Below, piece after piece: positions 7,627 through 16,673 of a DNA stretch of 64,000 bases. Location: positions 64,001 to 128,000 of the IMG/VR virus record IMGVR_UViG_3300045988_171958; one strand, 5' to 3'. Positions within the stretch are counted from its first letter, which is position 1. The number at the start of each line of letters is the position of its first letter. The notes beneath the pieces were generated by a model, which ran no database searches, had not been told where the DNA came from, and was given only the letters and a program-made list of their open reading frames with translations. This DNA comes from a virus. A program made the translations under genes and the position numbers.

Positions 7627-8670
7627 TGTAGAACATATAATGGTTATGATATCAATTGTGATTCAAATTATTTCTTTGACATATTTAGAAAGATAGCAGA
7701 AACTGGTAAAGTACAAGACAATTGGATGTTGTCTGCAAACCAGAAAGATGGTCGTGGAAACATTTGTCCTGTTACTATCATCATGCCTACTTTAGCTATG
7801 ATGGCAAAAGAATCTGGTAGTAAAGATGTAGTAGAGACATTCATGAAGCTGCTTGATAAGAAGATTCATGAAGCAAGAGAAATGCTTCTTGAAAGATTTA
7901 CTTTGATTTGCAGTCAGAATTCTAAGTCTGCTCCATTTATGTGGACAAACAATACAATGGTAGGATATATCCCTGAAGAAGGCCCTGTATCTGCTATGAA
8001 GCATGGTACATTAGCTATCGGACAAATTGGATTAGCAGAAACATTGCAGATATTGATTGGATGTGACCAGACAGAAGCTCAAGGTCTTGAACTTGGAAAG
8101 AGAATTGAAAAGCTATTCAATGATAGATGTACAGAATTCAAGAAAAATGATAAGTTGAATTTTGGAGTATACCTGACTCCAGGAGAATCCCTTTGTAAGA
8201 CAGCAATGACAAAATTCAGAGCACAATATGGTAATGATGTTAAAGGTGTTACTGATAATGACAATAAATTCTTTACAAATTCAACTCATGTACCTGTATA
8301 CAGAGATATTGATTGTTTCAAGAAAATTGATATTGAAAGTGAATTAGATAAGTTCAGTAATGCAGGATGCATCACTTATGTTGAAATGCCAAGTTCAGCA
8401 ACTAACAATATAGATGCTTGTGAAGAATTAGTGGTTTATGCAATGGATAAGGATCTTCCGTATTTCAGTTTGCATTTCCCATTGGATTATTGTAGAGATT
8501 GCCATAGTAAAGGTGACTTCAATGGAACATGCCCACATTGTGGAAGTCATAACATAGAGGAACTAAGGATGGTCACAGGCTACCTTAGTACTGATGTTTC
8601 TAATATGAATGAAGGTAAACAAGATGAAGTTTCTAAACGATTAAAACATGTTGAACAAAATTTAATTTAA
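7627..8670 (+). CDS. nrdD: anaerobic ribonucleoside-triphosphate reductase, exon 2 (Zn ribbon plus glycyl-radical domain)
   Basis: Begins CRTYNGYD. The C-terminus carries CRDCHSKGDFNGTCPHCGS and the glycyl-radical motif RMVTGYLS. Confidence 0.8.
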   Translation, partial: CRTYNGYDINCDSNYFFDIFRKIAETGKVQDNWMLSANQKDGRGNICPVTIIMPTLAMMAKESGSKDVVETFMKLLDKKIHEAREMLLERFTLICSQNSKSAPFMWTNNTMVGYIPEEGPVSAMKHGTLAIGQIGLAETLQILIGCDQTEAQGLELGKRIEKLFNDRCTEFKKNDKLNFGVYLTPGESLCKTAMTKFRAQYGNDVKGVTDNDNKFFTNSTHVPVYRDIDCFKKIDIESELDKFSNAGCITYVEMPSSATNNIDACEELVVYAMDKDLPYFSLHFPLDYCRDCHSKGDFNGTCPHCGSHNIEELRMVTGYLSTDVSNMNEGKQDEVSKRLKHVEQNLI

Positions 8671-8675
8671 ACTAA

Positions 8676-8703
8676 ATCAGGATGAACTTAAGTTCATCCT
8701 GAT
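8676..8703 (+). terminator. stem-loop downstream of nrdD (attenuator or weak terminator; no clear T-run)
   Basis: 14-bp palindrome ATCAGGATGAACTT/AAGTTCATCCTGAT. Confidence 0.4.
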
Positions 8704-8717
8704 TCTATATTATAAAT

Positions 8718-9275
8718 ATGGAAACAAAAGATTTACACGTGATAGCAGTTACTGGTCCAGATATCAACAATGGTCCTGGTTTTAGAGTAACTATATGGGT
8801 ATCTGGATGTACACATGCATGTCCTGGTTGCCAGAATAAGCATACTTGGAAATATGGTCAAGGTCATAAGTTAGATGATATGGTACCATATACGAACATC
8901 ACTTATAAAGACAAGATATTGAATTTGATAGGTGATGAACATATTGATGGTGTAACAATTTCCGGAGGTGACCCATTAGACCAATCTGTACAAGCATTAG
9001 AAGAACTTGCTAAGTTTCTTTCTAATATAAAGAAGAGATATCCAGAAAAGAGTATCTGGCTCTATACAGGATATTTCATTGAAGATTTGAAGAATTATCC
9101 TCATAAAGAAGTAATTAAGAATTGTGATGTTATAATTGATGGTCCTTATGTAAAGGAAAAACGAAACATAACAATACCATTCAGAGGAAGTACTAATCAG
9201 AGAATTATCGATGTACAGAAATCATTTAAAGAGAATAAGATATGTACTATAGATGATTCAGAATTTGTAAAGTAA
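8718..9275 (+). CDS. nrdG: anaerobic RNR activating enzyme (radical SAM)
   Basis: GPGFRVTIWVSGCTHACPGCQN contains the CxxxCxxC cluster motif typical of NrdG. The gene is adjacent to nrdD. Confidence 0.85.
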   Translation: METKDLHVIAVTGPDINNGPGFRVTIWVSGCTHACPGCQNKHTWKYGQGHKLDDMVPYTNITYKDKILNLIGDEHIDGVTISGGDPLDQSVQALEELAKFLSNIKKRYPEKSIWLYTGYFIEDLKNYPHKEVIKNCDVIIDGPYVKEKRNITIPFRGSTNQRIIDVQKSFKENKICTIDDSEFVK

Positions 9276-9279
9276 AATT

Positions 9280-9483
9280 ATGAATAACAGAGGAAAAGAA
9301 GCTGTAGAAGCACAGAAGCAATTGATAATAGAGCTTTGTAAAGAGAGATATCCTGATAGTTTAGATGTTTCCGAAATTGGAATGCGAACTGGATGGAAAA
9401 TCAATAAGCTATTGATAGATGACTTGGTAAATGATGGCATTATCGAATGGGATGATTTGACAACAATTAAACTGAATGGATAA
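9280..9483 (+). CDS. hypothetical protein, 67 aa
   Basis: ORF placed 4 nt after nrdG. Confidence 0.5.
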   Translation: MNNRGKEAVEAQKQLIIELCKERYPDSLDVSEIGMRTGWKINKLLIDDLVNDGIIEWDDLTTIKLNG

Positions 9484-9491
9484 TTTTAAAA

Positions 9492-9531
9492 GTGCATGAA
9501 ATTTTGAATTTATTTTTGAAATTTCATGCAC
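9492..9531 (+). terminator. intrinsic terminator-like hairpin
   Basis: 12-bp stem GTGCATGAAATT/AATTTCATGCAC. Its 3' half overlaps the next promoter. Confidence 0.55.
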
Positions 9532-9545
9532 TTGTTCTATATGTT
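9515..9545 (+). promoter_or_regulatory. promoter (TTTGAAATTT-N-TTCTATATG)
   Basis: TTTG at 9515-9518 and TTCTATATG at 9535-9543. Confidence 0.45.
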
Positions 9546-9546
9546 A

Positions 9547-9604
9547 ACTAAAGTTAACAGGAAATAAAAGTTTGAATTTTAATTCAACTTTTCTATATTA
9601 GATA
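9547..9604 (+). repeat. 58-nt exact repeat, copy 1 (contains a promoter)
   Basis: Identical base for base to 61891-61948: ACTAAAGTTAACAGGAAATAAAAGTTTGAATTTTAATTCAACTTTTCTATATTAGATA. Confidence 0.9.
9571..9600 (+). promoter_or_regulatory. promoter (TTTGAATTTT-N-TTCTATATTA)
   Basis: TTTG at 9571-9574, a 19-nt spacer, then TATATTA. The ATG is at 9630. Confidence 0.55.
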
Positions 9605-9629
9605 CGTTAAACAAATATAAATAAAAACA

Positions 9630-9875
9630 ATGATTAATAAGTATAGAAAAAAGCCTGTTATTATTGAAGCAATTCAATGGGATGGTAAGAATTTGCCAGA
9701 GATTGATAGCTTTGTTGGTGGAAGTATTGGTATCAAAGGTACTAGTCTAGTAATTCATACTCTAGAAGGTGATATGGAAGCATCTATAAATGATTATATT
9801 ATCAAGGGTGTAAATGGTGAGTTTTATCCTTGCAAACCGGATATTTTTGATAAGACTTATGAAAGAGCACAATAA
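9630..9875 (+). CDS. hypothetical protein, 81 aa
   Basis: ORF downstream of the tandem promoters. Confidence 0.6.
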   Translation: MINKYRKKPVIIEAIQWDGKNLPEIDSFVGGSIGIKGTSLVIHTLEGDMEASINDYIIKGVNGEFYPCKPDIFDKTYERAQ

Positions 9876-10095
9876 AGAGAATTTAACCAACTTGACAGAT
9901 TTTCTTGGTACCACTTTGAAATATGGTGACAAAGTTGTATTTTGTGATCCAGGTGAATCTAGAAAATGCCTTGAACATGGTACTGTTGTTGGTTTTACTA
10001 ATAAGAGAATTTATGTTGTTCATGGTGATAGAAACAGTGAAATCCTGAAGGATTCAAGAGATGTTGTATTGAATTATTACTTTATAAATAAATAA
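9859..10095 (+). CDS. hypothetical small protein, about 78 aa (GD-x-V-x-F / G-x-V beta-barrel-like paralogue family)
   Basis: The first ATG in the frame of track ORF 9814..10095. Resembles 11269..11490 and 36551..36820 in the pattern GDxVxF...GxVxG. Confidence 0.5.
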   Translation: MKEHNKENLTNLTDFLGTTLKYGDKVVFCDPGESRKCLEHGTVVGFTNKRIYVVHGDRNSEILKDSRDVVLNYYFINK

Positions 10096-10099
10096 AATT

Positions 10100-10780
10100 A
10101 TGATTAATCCAGTTCCTGTATATAAGTATGTTAAAGCAAATCCATTGATTAAGCTTAATGTTAATGATAGAGTTTATGTTGTAAATGGCTTTACATTTTT
10201 GTCAAATCAATATGGAGTAACTAGAAAGGATTGCCTTAGAGATATTAATTTTGAAGACCTTACTAAGATTGGTCTTTTCGATAAGACAATTACTAATTTC
10301 AATATATCTAATTATTCTAAAGGTGATTTGATTGTACTATCAGATAATAAGGATAAGGCAAGAGAAGTATCAGCTAGCAATCCAACAAAGAATCGTGTTG
10401 TTGAAATCGCCAAAGAACCAACTGTGGTTATTCCACGAAAGGGATATGGTAAATCTCCTTTGAAGTTTATTCAAGAAATGGAAGTAAGAGATGTAAATAC
10501 TGGAAAGATGCAAATCATCAATACAGATGATATTGTTTGCGACACTAGAAAGTATTGGTTCATCAATTCAAAAGGTCAGGTATCTTGCACATATTATTGG
10601 ATGAATCCTGTTGCTGATTTGTACAGAAGCAAGACAAACAATATATATTATTCACATGACCATGCAGTTAGTGCATTACAGACTATTGAATATAACATCA
10701 ATAATGATGCTGCTGTACTTTCTGGTGGTGATACTATGTTAGGTAAATCAATGATGATTGACAATCTTGTAGAAAAGTAG
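10100..10780 (+). CDS. hypothetical protein, 226 aa
   Basis: ORF with no motif recognised. Confidence 0.6.
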   Translation: MINPVPVYKYVKANPLIKLNVNDRVYVVNGFTFLSNQYGVTRKDCLRDINFEDLTKIGLFDKTITNFNISNYSKGDLIVLSDNKDKAREVSASNPTKNRVVEIAKEPTVVIPRKGYGKSPLKFIQEMEVRDVNTGKMQIINTDDIVCDTRKYWFINSKGQVSCTYYWMNPVADLYRSKTNNIYYSHDHAVSALQTIEYNINNDAAVLSGGDTMLGKSMMIDNLVEK

Positions 10781-10785
10781 ATACC

Positions 10786-11007
10786 ATGCAAGAAATTCTA
10801 TGTATGTTGATTGGTACTATAATAGCTATATTTGTAAGCTTTGCGGTACCAGAAAAATACCAAGAAAAATTTATTTTAGGATTCTCTCTTCTTTATGTAA
10901 TAATTTATGTAATATTAAGGTACGATTTATTTAATATATGGGACACGATATACTATTTGCATTTACAATTGGAAGCATTGTTGCATTATTGTTCATTATA
11001 CCATTGA
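10786..11007 (+). CDS. small membrane protein, 73 aa
   Basis: ORF with hydrophobic segments. Its 3' end overlaps the next ORF by 70 nt. Confidence 0.4.
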   Translation: MQEILCMLIGTIIAIFVSFAVPEKYQEKFILGFSLLYVIIYVILRYDLFNIWDTIYYLHLQLEALLHYCSLYH

Positions 11008-11252
11008 TATTGATTGAAAGAAATGTTATCAAGACATCAAAAGCCATGAAAAGTTTCTTTGAAGATGAGTTGAAACTTTCTTTTCATGTTCCTTATAAGA
11101 ATTCAAAAGATGGCAGCATAATCATATTTTCAAGGTCTAATGGTTTTACAAAGGGTGGTACTATTGAGGCATTCAAATATGTACCATGGAAGTCAAGTGA
11201 ATTAGTTCAGTATAATAAGAAAGAAATGAAAGAATTGGTAAAAGACCTTTGA
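10938..11252 (+). CDS. hypothetical protein with an N-terminal TM segment, 104 aa
   Basis: ORF; the start is uncertain because of the overlap with 10786..11007. Confidence 0.45.
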   Translation: MGHDILFAFTIGSIVALLFIIPLILIERNVIKTSKAMKSFFEDELKLSFHVPYKNSKDGSIIIFSRSNGFTKGGTIEAFKYVPWKSSELVQYNKKEMKELVKDL

Positions 11253-11268
11253 ACAAAATAAATAGATC

Positions 11269-11490
11269 ATGAAGGATTTTTTTGGAACAGAAATTAAAGT
11301 AAGTGATATTGTAGCTTTTACAAATCCAGTATCTTCTAGGAAGTCACTTGCTTTAGGTAAAGTAACTGCAATAGGTAAGTCATTTGTAGAGATAGAAACT
11401 GAAAACCCATATTTTGATGGTGACATCTATCCAAATAAATATGATTATGTTAAGAAGCGTCCAGAAAATGTAATTGTGAAGTCTAACTAG
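11269..11490 (+). CDS. hypothetical small protein, 73 aa (same small paralogue family as 9859..10095)
   Basis: ORF with the pattern VSDIVAF...LGKVTAIG. Confidence 0.55.
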   Translation: MKDFFGTEIKVSDIVAFTNPVSSRKSLALGKVTAIGKSFVEIETENPYFDGDIYPNKYDYVKKRPENVIVKSN

Positions 11491-11529
11491 TACTTAATTA
11501 AAGATATTATTTTTAAACCAATTGAATAT

Positions 11530-11847
11530 ATGACTTACGAAGATTTTTTGAAAACCTTTATTGAAGAAAATAAAGATAAAGTATCAAGAGATAGATTGTT
11601 TGGTGGATATGATATTGATCGTTATGATTATGATAAAATGGTCAATAAATGTTATTGGTTTATTACCGATAAAATGAATCTAGAATTTCCTAGACCAGAT
11701 ATTGATTCAGAAGAATATCATGATTATTATAGAAATATGATGATTATGAAAGCTTTTTGTGATGCATTTCAAAAATATGCTGATAATCATCTTATGTATT
11801 TACCAAAACCACCAAGTACAGAAGTATATTGTGGACAACGAGATTAA
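11530..11847 (+). CDS. hypothetical protein, 105 aa
   Basis: ORF. Confidence 0.55.
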   Translation: MTYEDFLKTFIEENKDKVSRDRLFGGYDIDRYDYDKMVNKCYWFITDKMNLEFPRPDIDSEEYHDYYRNMMIMKAFCDAFQKYADNHLMYLPKPPSTEVYCGQRD

Positions 11848-11864
11848 TAAATATTACTATATAA

Positions 11865-12155
11865 ATGGAAGTGAAAATTGATTTGATGACTAAAGAAGAA
11901 ATGTTGCAAGAGTCTTACATCAACAAAGGCAACAGATATACGACTGAAGAATGGCAACAAAATGGAGATTATGTGACAACAGATCGAAATGGCTATTTGA
12001 ATTATGCAAATGGTGAAGAAGTAATTGATGAAAACGATTTGCCGGAAGATGGATGGTTTGATTGTACAGAGTATGATGAAGACAGTGATGTTGATAGCTA
12101 TTCTGATTCTGGTTTTTATGATAACCCATTATATGATAGTGATGACGACTGGTGA
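11865..12155 (+). CDS. highly acidic small protein, 96 aa
   Basis: The C-terminal half is dominated by D/E and aromatics: DENDLPEDGWFDCTEYDEDSDVDSYSDSGFYDNPLYDSDDDW. Confidence 0.6.
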   Translation: MEVKIDLMTKEEMLQESYINKGNRYTTEEWQQNGDYVTTDRNGYLNYANGEEVIDENDLPEDGWFDCTEYDEDSDVDSYSDSGFYDNPLYDSDDDW

Positions 12156-12483
12156 TTTAAGTAAATTAGATAAAGCAGAAAAGAAAGAATTCATATCTGC
12201 TGTAAATGATGCTATACTGAAACAAAAATATCGTATAGTAGTAAGAAGAATATTCAAGCAGTATACTTACAATGATACTACATATCTTATTAAAGAATAT
12301 GCGGTACAGAAAAGAAAGAAGTTCTTGTTTTTCTATTGGTGGGATTTTTGTGATAGAAATGAACATGGATGGGTAAAATGGACAGATAAGCTTGAAAATT
12401 GTGAAAAATACATATATGACAAATATCTTGGTACTGGTGTAAAACCTACATTTGAAGTACTAGGATTGATACCAAGTGAATGA
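12142..12483 (+). CDS. hypothetical protein, about 113 aa
   Basis: Frame of track ORF 12025..12483. ATG 12142 is the first start that does not run deep into the preceding gene. Confidence 0.45.
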   Translation: MTTGDLSKLDKAEKKEFISAVNDAILKQKYRIVVRRIFKQYTYNDTTYLIKEYAVQKRKKFLFFYWWDFCDRNEHGWVKWTDKLENCEKYIYDKYLGTGVKPTFEVLGLIPSE

Positions 12484-12503
12484 CAATTGTCATTCACTTT
12501 TTT
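12475..12503 (+). terminator. intrinsic terminator
   Basis: Hairpin AGTGAATGACA-AT-TGTCATTCACT followed by a T-run. Confidence 0.75.
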
Positions 12504-12511
12504 GCATTTGT

Positions 12512-12540
12512 TTTGAAATTTTTAAATTCATTTCTATATT
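12512..12540 (+). promoter_or_regulatory. promoter (TTTGAAATTT-N-TTCTATATT)
   Basis: TTTG at 12512-12515 and TTCTATATT at 12532-12540. Confidence 0.55.
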
Positions 12541-12579
12541 AAATCTGTTCAAAATAAGAAGTTTAATTTTTAAAATTTT

Positions 12580-12855
12580 ATGATTATGATTACAAAGACT
12601 TTGAATGACTATGCTACAGAACTTGCGATGATAAATGCTAATTTCTGTTCAACATATTTACCAAGCGAAATTTATGGTTTCACTCTTGAAGCTTTACGTA
12701 TTTTGATTTGCAATCGTATTATGAACAACAATATTGTTAAGATGGAACAGAAAGATATTGATACATTGATTGGTTTTGTGTTAGATTTTTCTGATGCTAA
12801 GATGATTACATATCGTGAAGCTCTTGTAAAATATTCAGAAATTTTACATTGCTAA
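12580..12855 (+). CDS. hypothetical protein, 91 aa
   Basis: ORF downstream of a promoter. Confidence 0.55.
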   Translation: MIMITKTLNDYATELAMINANFCSTYLPSEIYGFTLEALRILICNRIMNNNIVKMEQKDIDTLIGFVLDFSDAKMITYREALVKYSEILHC

Positions 12856-12858
12856 TTT

Positions 12859-12888
12859 TTTGAAATTTCTTGGTATTATTCTATTTTA
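12859..12888 (+). promoter_or_regulatory. promoter (TTTGAAATTT-N-TTCTATTTTA)
   Basis: TTTG at 12859-12862 and TTCTATTTTA at 12879-12888. Confidence 0.55.
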
Positions 12889-12928
12889 TTCATGTCAAAT
12901 AAATAATAAACATTAAAATATTAAAATT

Positions 12929-13228
12929 ATGATTATCGATTTTGTTAAGTTACATATTGCAGAAGCTCTCAGTGAAGTTGCTAATAACTATGGCAATGAG
13001 GAATACCTCAATGAAGTAGTTAAAATCAACTTTGATCAGTTGGTAGAAGATATTTTTAAGGGTTTAAATGGATATTTTACTAGAGATGCATGGCCATCCG
13101 TAAAAGATATCATCTATACCATGCTTCTTGATAAGAAGACTTTAGATGGTATTGCGAATGCAATCAAAGGTATGATGGCTTTACACAATTTTGATATTGA
13201 AAAGGCTGGTGGAATCATTAGATATTAA
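12929..13228 (+). CDS. hypothetical protein, 99 aa
   Basis: ORF. Confidence 0.55.
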   Translation: MIIDFVKLHIAEALSEVANNYGNEEYLNEVVKINFDQLVEDIFKGLNGYFTRDAWPSVKDIIYTMLLDKKTLDGIANAIKGMMALHNFDIEKAGGIIRY

Positions 13229-13244
13229 TATAAAAAGTAAAATT

Positions 13245-13604
13245 ATGATAAATACAAATCCTCAAGTTATATATGCTAAGATTAATGCTAATATTGAAAA
13301 GATTATTGGCAAGATAGCAAGACAGATGCTTGATTTATATCCTAACATCAATGATTGTTTGAATGCAGTATCAAGATTATCAGAATCTGATATCAAATGG
13401 AAAATCTGGCGAATAGCAACGAAACAGAATATATTTGATGAAGCTGAGTCATCAAACTGTATTGTTGAATCATGTGTATTAGATTTGTATGATGATAGTG
13501 CATCATCTGATACATTACATAGCTTTGATTTTCGAGCAGCTATTCACAACATGTGTATTCTCATTTATTATACTAACAAGAAAATTACATCATACGATGC
13601 ATAA
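13245..13604 (+). CDS. hypothetical protein, about 119 aa
   Basis: The first ATG after the previous stop, in the frame of track ORF 13191..13604. Start context is AAAATTATGATA. Confidence 0.5.
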   Translation: MINTNPQVIYAKINANIEKIIGKIARQMLDLYPNINDCLNAVSRLSESDIKWKIWRIATKQNIFDEAESSNCIVESCVLDLYDDSASSDTLHSFDFRAAIHNMCILIYYTNKKITSYDA

Positions 13605-13827
13605 GTATATCAATTCATTGACAATTCATTTTTGTCTTGGAATATTGTCAGCATTTATTGTCATATTGGTAGCAGACAATATCTCTTTAGCAACGATATG
13701 CTTGCTTGTATTTGCTCTCCCTATATGGTTTACTTTCTATAATAGAGTAAAAGATATGGCTTCAGAAGAAATTTCAGAGAAGTTAGGTTTTAGAGGTAAC
13801 AAATTCTTAGATTGTACAAATGAGTAA
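13597..13827 (+). CDS. small membrane protein, about 76 aa
   Basis: ATG 13597 in the frame of track ORF 13489..13827. Two hydrophobic helices. Confidence 0.45.
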   Translation: MHKYINSLTIHFCLGILSAFIVILVADNISLATICLLVFALPIWFTFYNRVKDMASEEISEKLGFRGNKFLDCTNE

Positions 13828-14113
13828 CTTATATAATATTGAATCAAGATATCAGTATCATACAAGAACTGGTATTGAATGGACAAAATGGTTTTGTATG
13901 TTGTCAGAAGGTCCTAATGAGGATAAAGCTTTTCTTGAGCAGAAAATTTCAGACTATAAAGATAATGATAAGAGGATAAAAGCAAAGTTGAAGCATGAAT
14001 ATCGTATAGTTGATTATGTAGAACCAGAAGAGGTTCATGCATTTCAGAAAATGTATACTAGAAGAAAGAATAAAAACTCTAAAAAGTCACCAGGAACAAC
14101 TAAAAAGTCTTAG
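13820..14113 (+). CDS. hypothetical basic protein, 97 aa
   Basis: ORF with a Lys/Arg-rich C-terminus. Confidence 0.5.
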   Translation: MSNLYNIESRYQYHTRTGIEWTKWFCMLSEGPNEDKAFLEQKISDYKDNDKRIKAKLKHEYRIVDYVEPEEVHAFQKMYTRRKNKNSKKSPGTTKKS

Positions 14114-14166
14114 GCTGATAGAATATACTGAAGCATATTTTTCCGCTCCCTGACCGCCCCAGGCGC
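14110..14166 (-). repeat. GC-rich element, copy B (truncated, inverted)
   Basis: The reverse complement reads AGCGCCTGGGGCGGTCAGGGAGCGGAAAAATA, which matches the 5' part of copies A and D. The 3' stem half is not recognisable. Confidence 0.55.
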
Positions 14167-14220
14167 TTAACAGGAGAACATTATATTATATATTAGTAAA
14201 ACTTTTAAATATGAATTTTT

Positions 14221-14502
14221 ATGAAGCAATTGAAGAAACAGAGTGGAGCTTCGCGTATCGTTGAAGTTCTTTTAGGACAAGCATTATTGAATTGTAAGAT
14301 TGGTAGCGTCAAATCTCTTATTGAGAAAGTAACTGATGTTACTGGTGGTAAGTTTGATGTAAAGAAGGTTGATGGTCCAGACAAATTAGATGTTGAACTA
14401 GCACCATGGATGATTTCATTGGAGATTGGCGATACTAAGGTAATAGTTAAGTTTAGCTTAACGGTAAATTATTTTATCAATAAGATTGAAGTGTCAGAGT
14501 GA
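14221..14502 (+). CDS. hypothetical protein, 93 aa
   Basis: ORF. Confidence 0.55.
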   Translation: MKQLKKQSGASRIVEVLLGQALLNCKIGSVKSLIEKVTDVTGGKFDVKKVDGPDKLDVELAPWMISLEIGDTKVIVKFSLTVNYFINKIEVSE

Positions 14503-14527
14503 CATTTTGGCAGGAATATATGACAAT

Positions 14528-14569
14528 GTGTCAGAATTTTGTAATCATGAAATTCTGGCACACTTTTTT
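14528..14569 (+). terminator. intrinsic terminator
   Basis: Stem GTGT/CAGAATTT pairs with AAATTCTG/(GC bulge)/ACAC, followed by TTTTTT. Confidence 0.6.
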
Positions 14570-14617
14570 CTATATATTAATTAGATAAATAAAAACATAT
14601 ATAAGATTAAATTTAAA

Positions 14618-16573
14618 ATGAGTAAAGTTTTAGGCTTGGATCTCGGTACTGGTATGTCATGTGTAGCAGTAATTGAGGCAGGTAAACCAGTTGTGGTAGT
14701 AAATGAAGAAGGAACAAGAACAACACCATCAGTAGTACAGATTACAAAAGATGAAGTGAAGATTGGTAATGCAGCAAAGCGTGCAATGGTAACAAATCCA
14801 AAGAACACTATCAGTTTTGTAAAGCGTTTGATGGGTGCTGATTTTAATGATGAGAATGTAAAGAAGATGCAGAAGCTTGCAACTTATGATATTGTAAATA
14901 AGTCTGGTAAGCCTTATGTTAAGATCGATGACAAAGAATATTCTCCTGAACAGATTTCATCTATGATTGTTGGCAAGATGAAAAAAGTTGCACAAGACTA
15001 TGTTGGTGAAGAAATTAAAGATGCAGTAATTACGGTACCAGCTTGGTTTGGTGATGCTGCCCGTACAGCAACTAAGACAGCAGGTGAGCTTGCTGGATTG
15101 AATGTACTTCGTGTAATTAATGAGCCAACATCAGCGGCATTGGCTGCTAACTTGATGGAAGACAAGAAAGACAAGACTGTTGTAGTAGTGGATTCTGGTA
15201 CTGGTACAGTCGATGTTTCTGTTCTTGAGTTGTCTGATGGTATGGCTGAAGTACTTGCATCAAATGGTGATGTATATCTTGGAGGTAAAGATTATGATGA
15301 TGCTATTGTAAAGTGGGTAGTTGATGAATTCAAGAAGTCAGATGATGTTGATTTGGCAAAGGACAATATGGCTTATGCTCGTGTAGTAGAATCTGCAGAA
15401 AAAGCAAAGATTGAATTGTCAAGTTCAACACAGACAGAGATTAATCTCCCATATATTTCTATGAAAGATGGTGCACCATTGAATCTTGCTATGACACTTT
15501 CTCGTGCTAAGTTTGAATCTCTTGTAAAGAATTTGAATGATCGTACTGTTGAAAAGGCAAAGATTGCTGTAGAGAAGGCTGGTAAGAAATATGATGATAT
15601 TGATTGTATCTTGCTTGTAGGTGGTACAACTCGTATTCCATCATTACAAGAGGCATTGAAGAAGGAATTCAATAAGCCATTGAATCAATCTGTAAATCCA
15701 GATGAAGCAGTTGCATTGGGTGCTGCTAAGCAAGCTGATATTCTTGCTGGTAATTCTACTGGTGATTTGTTGCTTCTTGATGTTACTCCATTGTCATTGG
15801 GTATCGAAACTAAGGGAGATATGATGGCACCTATTGTTGAAGCAAATACAACAATTCCATGTCAAAAGAAGCAAGTATTCACCACATCTATTGATAACCA
15901 ACCTATGGTTGAAGTGAATGTATTGCAAGGTGAACGTAAGATTGCTTCTGGCAATAAGTCTATTGGTAGATTCAGATTGGATGGAATTCCTATGGCAAAG
16001 GCCGGTGTACCACAGATTGAAGTTTGCTTTGATATTGATGCAAATGGTATTGTTACAGTTACTGCTAAAGATCTTGGTACTAATAAAGAACAGCATATTA
16101 CAATCAGTAACAACACACTTACTGATGAGGAAATCAAAGCAATCAAGGAAGATGCTGAGAAGTTCAAGGAAGCTGATGAAAAGAAGACACAAGAAACCAA
16201 TGACATCAATGATGCAGAACGTTATATGTTCAATACAAAAGAGATGATTGCCAATGAAGACTTTGTCAAGGCTACATCAGATGAAGATAGAGCTAAAGCA
16301 CAAGAAAAACTTGATGCATTAGAATCAATTGTTGTATTGAAGGACAAAGACCATGATAAGATCATGGAAGCTAAGAAAGAGTTAGAAGAAGTTTGGAACC
16401 CTATAGTTGAGAAATTCTATGCCGATAAGCAAAAGAGTCAAGATTGTACTAATAAGACAGAGACACAGGAAGGAAATGCAAAGGAAGAGAATGCGTCAAA
16501 TCCTGACAATGATAAGAAGGAAGAAAAATCAGATGATGTAAAAGTAGAAGATGCAGTAGTTGAAGATGCATAA
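14618..16573 (+). CDS. dnaK: Hsp70 chaperone DnaK
   Basis: LGLDLGTGMSCVAV, VITVPAWFGDAARTATK, DSGTGTVDVSVLE and ILLVGGTTRIPSLQ are present. A full substrate-binding domain and lid follow, with an acidic C-terminal tail. Confidence 0.95.
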   Translation: MSKVLGLDLGTGMSCVAVIEAGKPVVVVNEEGTRTTPSVVQITKDEVKIGNAAKRAMVTNPKNTISFVKRLMGADFNDENVKKMQKLATYDIVNKSGKPYVKIDDKEYSPEQISSMIVGKMKKVAQDYVGEEIKDAVITVPAWFGDAARTATKTAGELAGLNVLRVINEPTSAALAANLMEDKKDKTVVVVDSGTGTVDVSVLELSDGMAEVLASNGDVYLGGKDYDDAIVKWVVDEFKKSDDVDLAKDNMAYARVVESAEKAKIELSSSTQTEINLPYISMKDGAPLNLAMTLSRAKFESLVKNLNDRTVEKAKIAVEKAGKKYDDIDCILLVGGTTRIPSLQEALKKEFNKPLNQSVNPDEAVALGAAKQADILAGNSTGDLLLLDVTPLSLGIETKGDMMAPIVEANTTIPCQKKQVFTTSIDNQPMVEVNVLQGERKIASGNKSIGRFRLDGIPMAKAGVPQIEVCFDIDANGIVTVTAKDLGTNKEQHITISNNTLTDEEIKAIKEDAEKFKEADEKKTQETNDINDAERYMFNTKEMIANEDFVKATSDEDRAKAQEKLDALESIVVLKDKDHDKIMEAKKELEEVWNPIVEKFYADKQKSQDCTNKTETQEGNAKEENASNPDNDKKEEKSDDVKVEDAVVEDA

Positions 16574-16598
16574 ATAATTTACATCAATAACAGTTTGA

Positions 16599-16636
16599 AT
16601 GGTCGATTGAATGAATGAAATTTGATCGACCATTTT
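16599..16636 (+). terminator. hairpin between dnaK and dnaJ (attenuator/terminator)
   Basis: Stem ATGGTCGAT...ATCGACCAT followed by TTTT. Confidence 0.55.
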
Positions 16637-16673
16637 CTATATTTAACATGTCAAAGAATAGATAACAAATAAC

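Noticed and set aside
8703-8717. A TTCTATATT box immediately upstream of the nrdG ATG, considered as an independent (leaderless) promoter.
   Set aside because: It lies only about 10 nt from the start codon and lacks a clean TTG -33 element. nrdG is more simply co-transcribed with nrdD. This remains possible but is unsupported.
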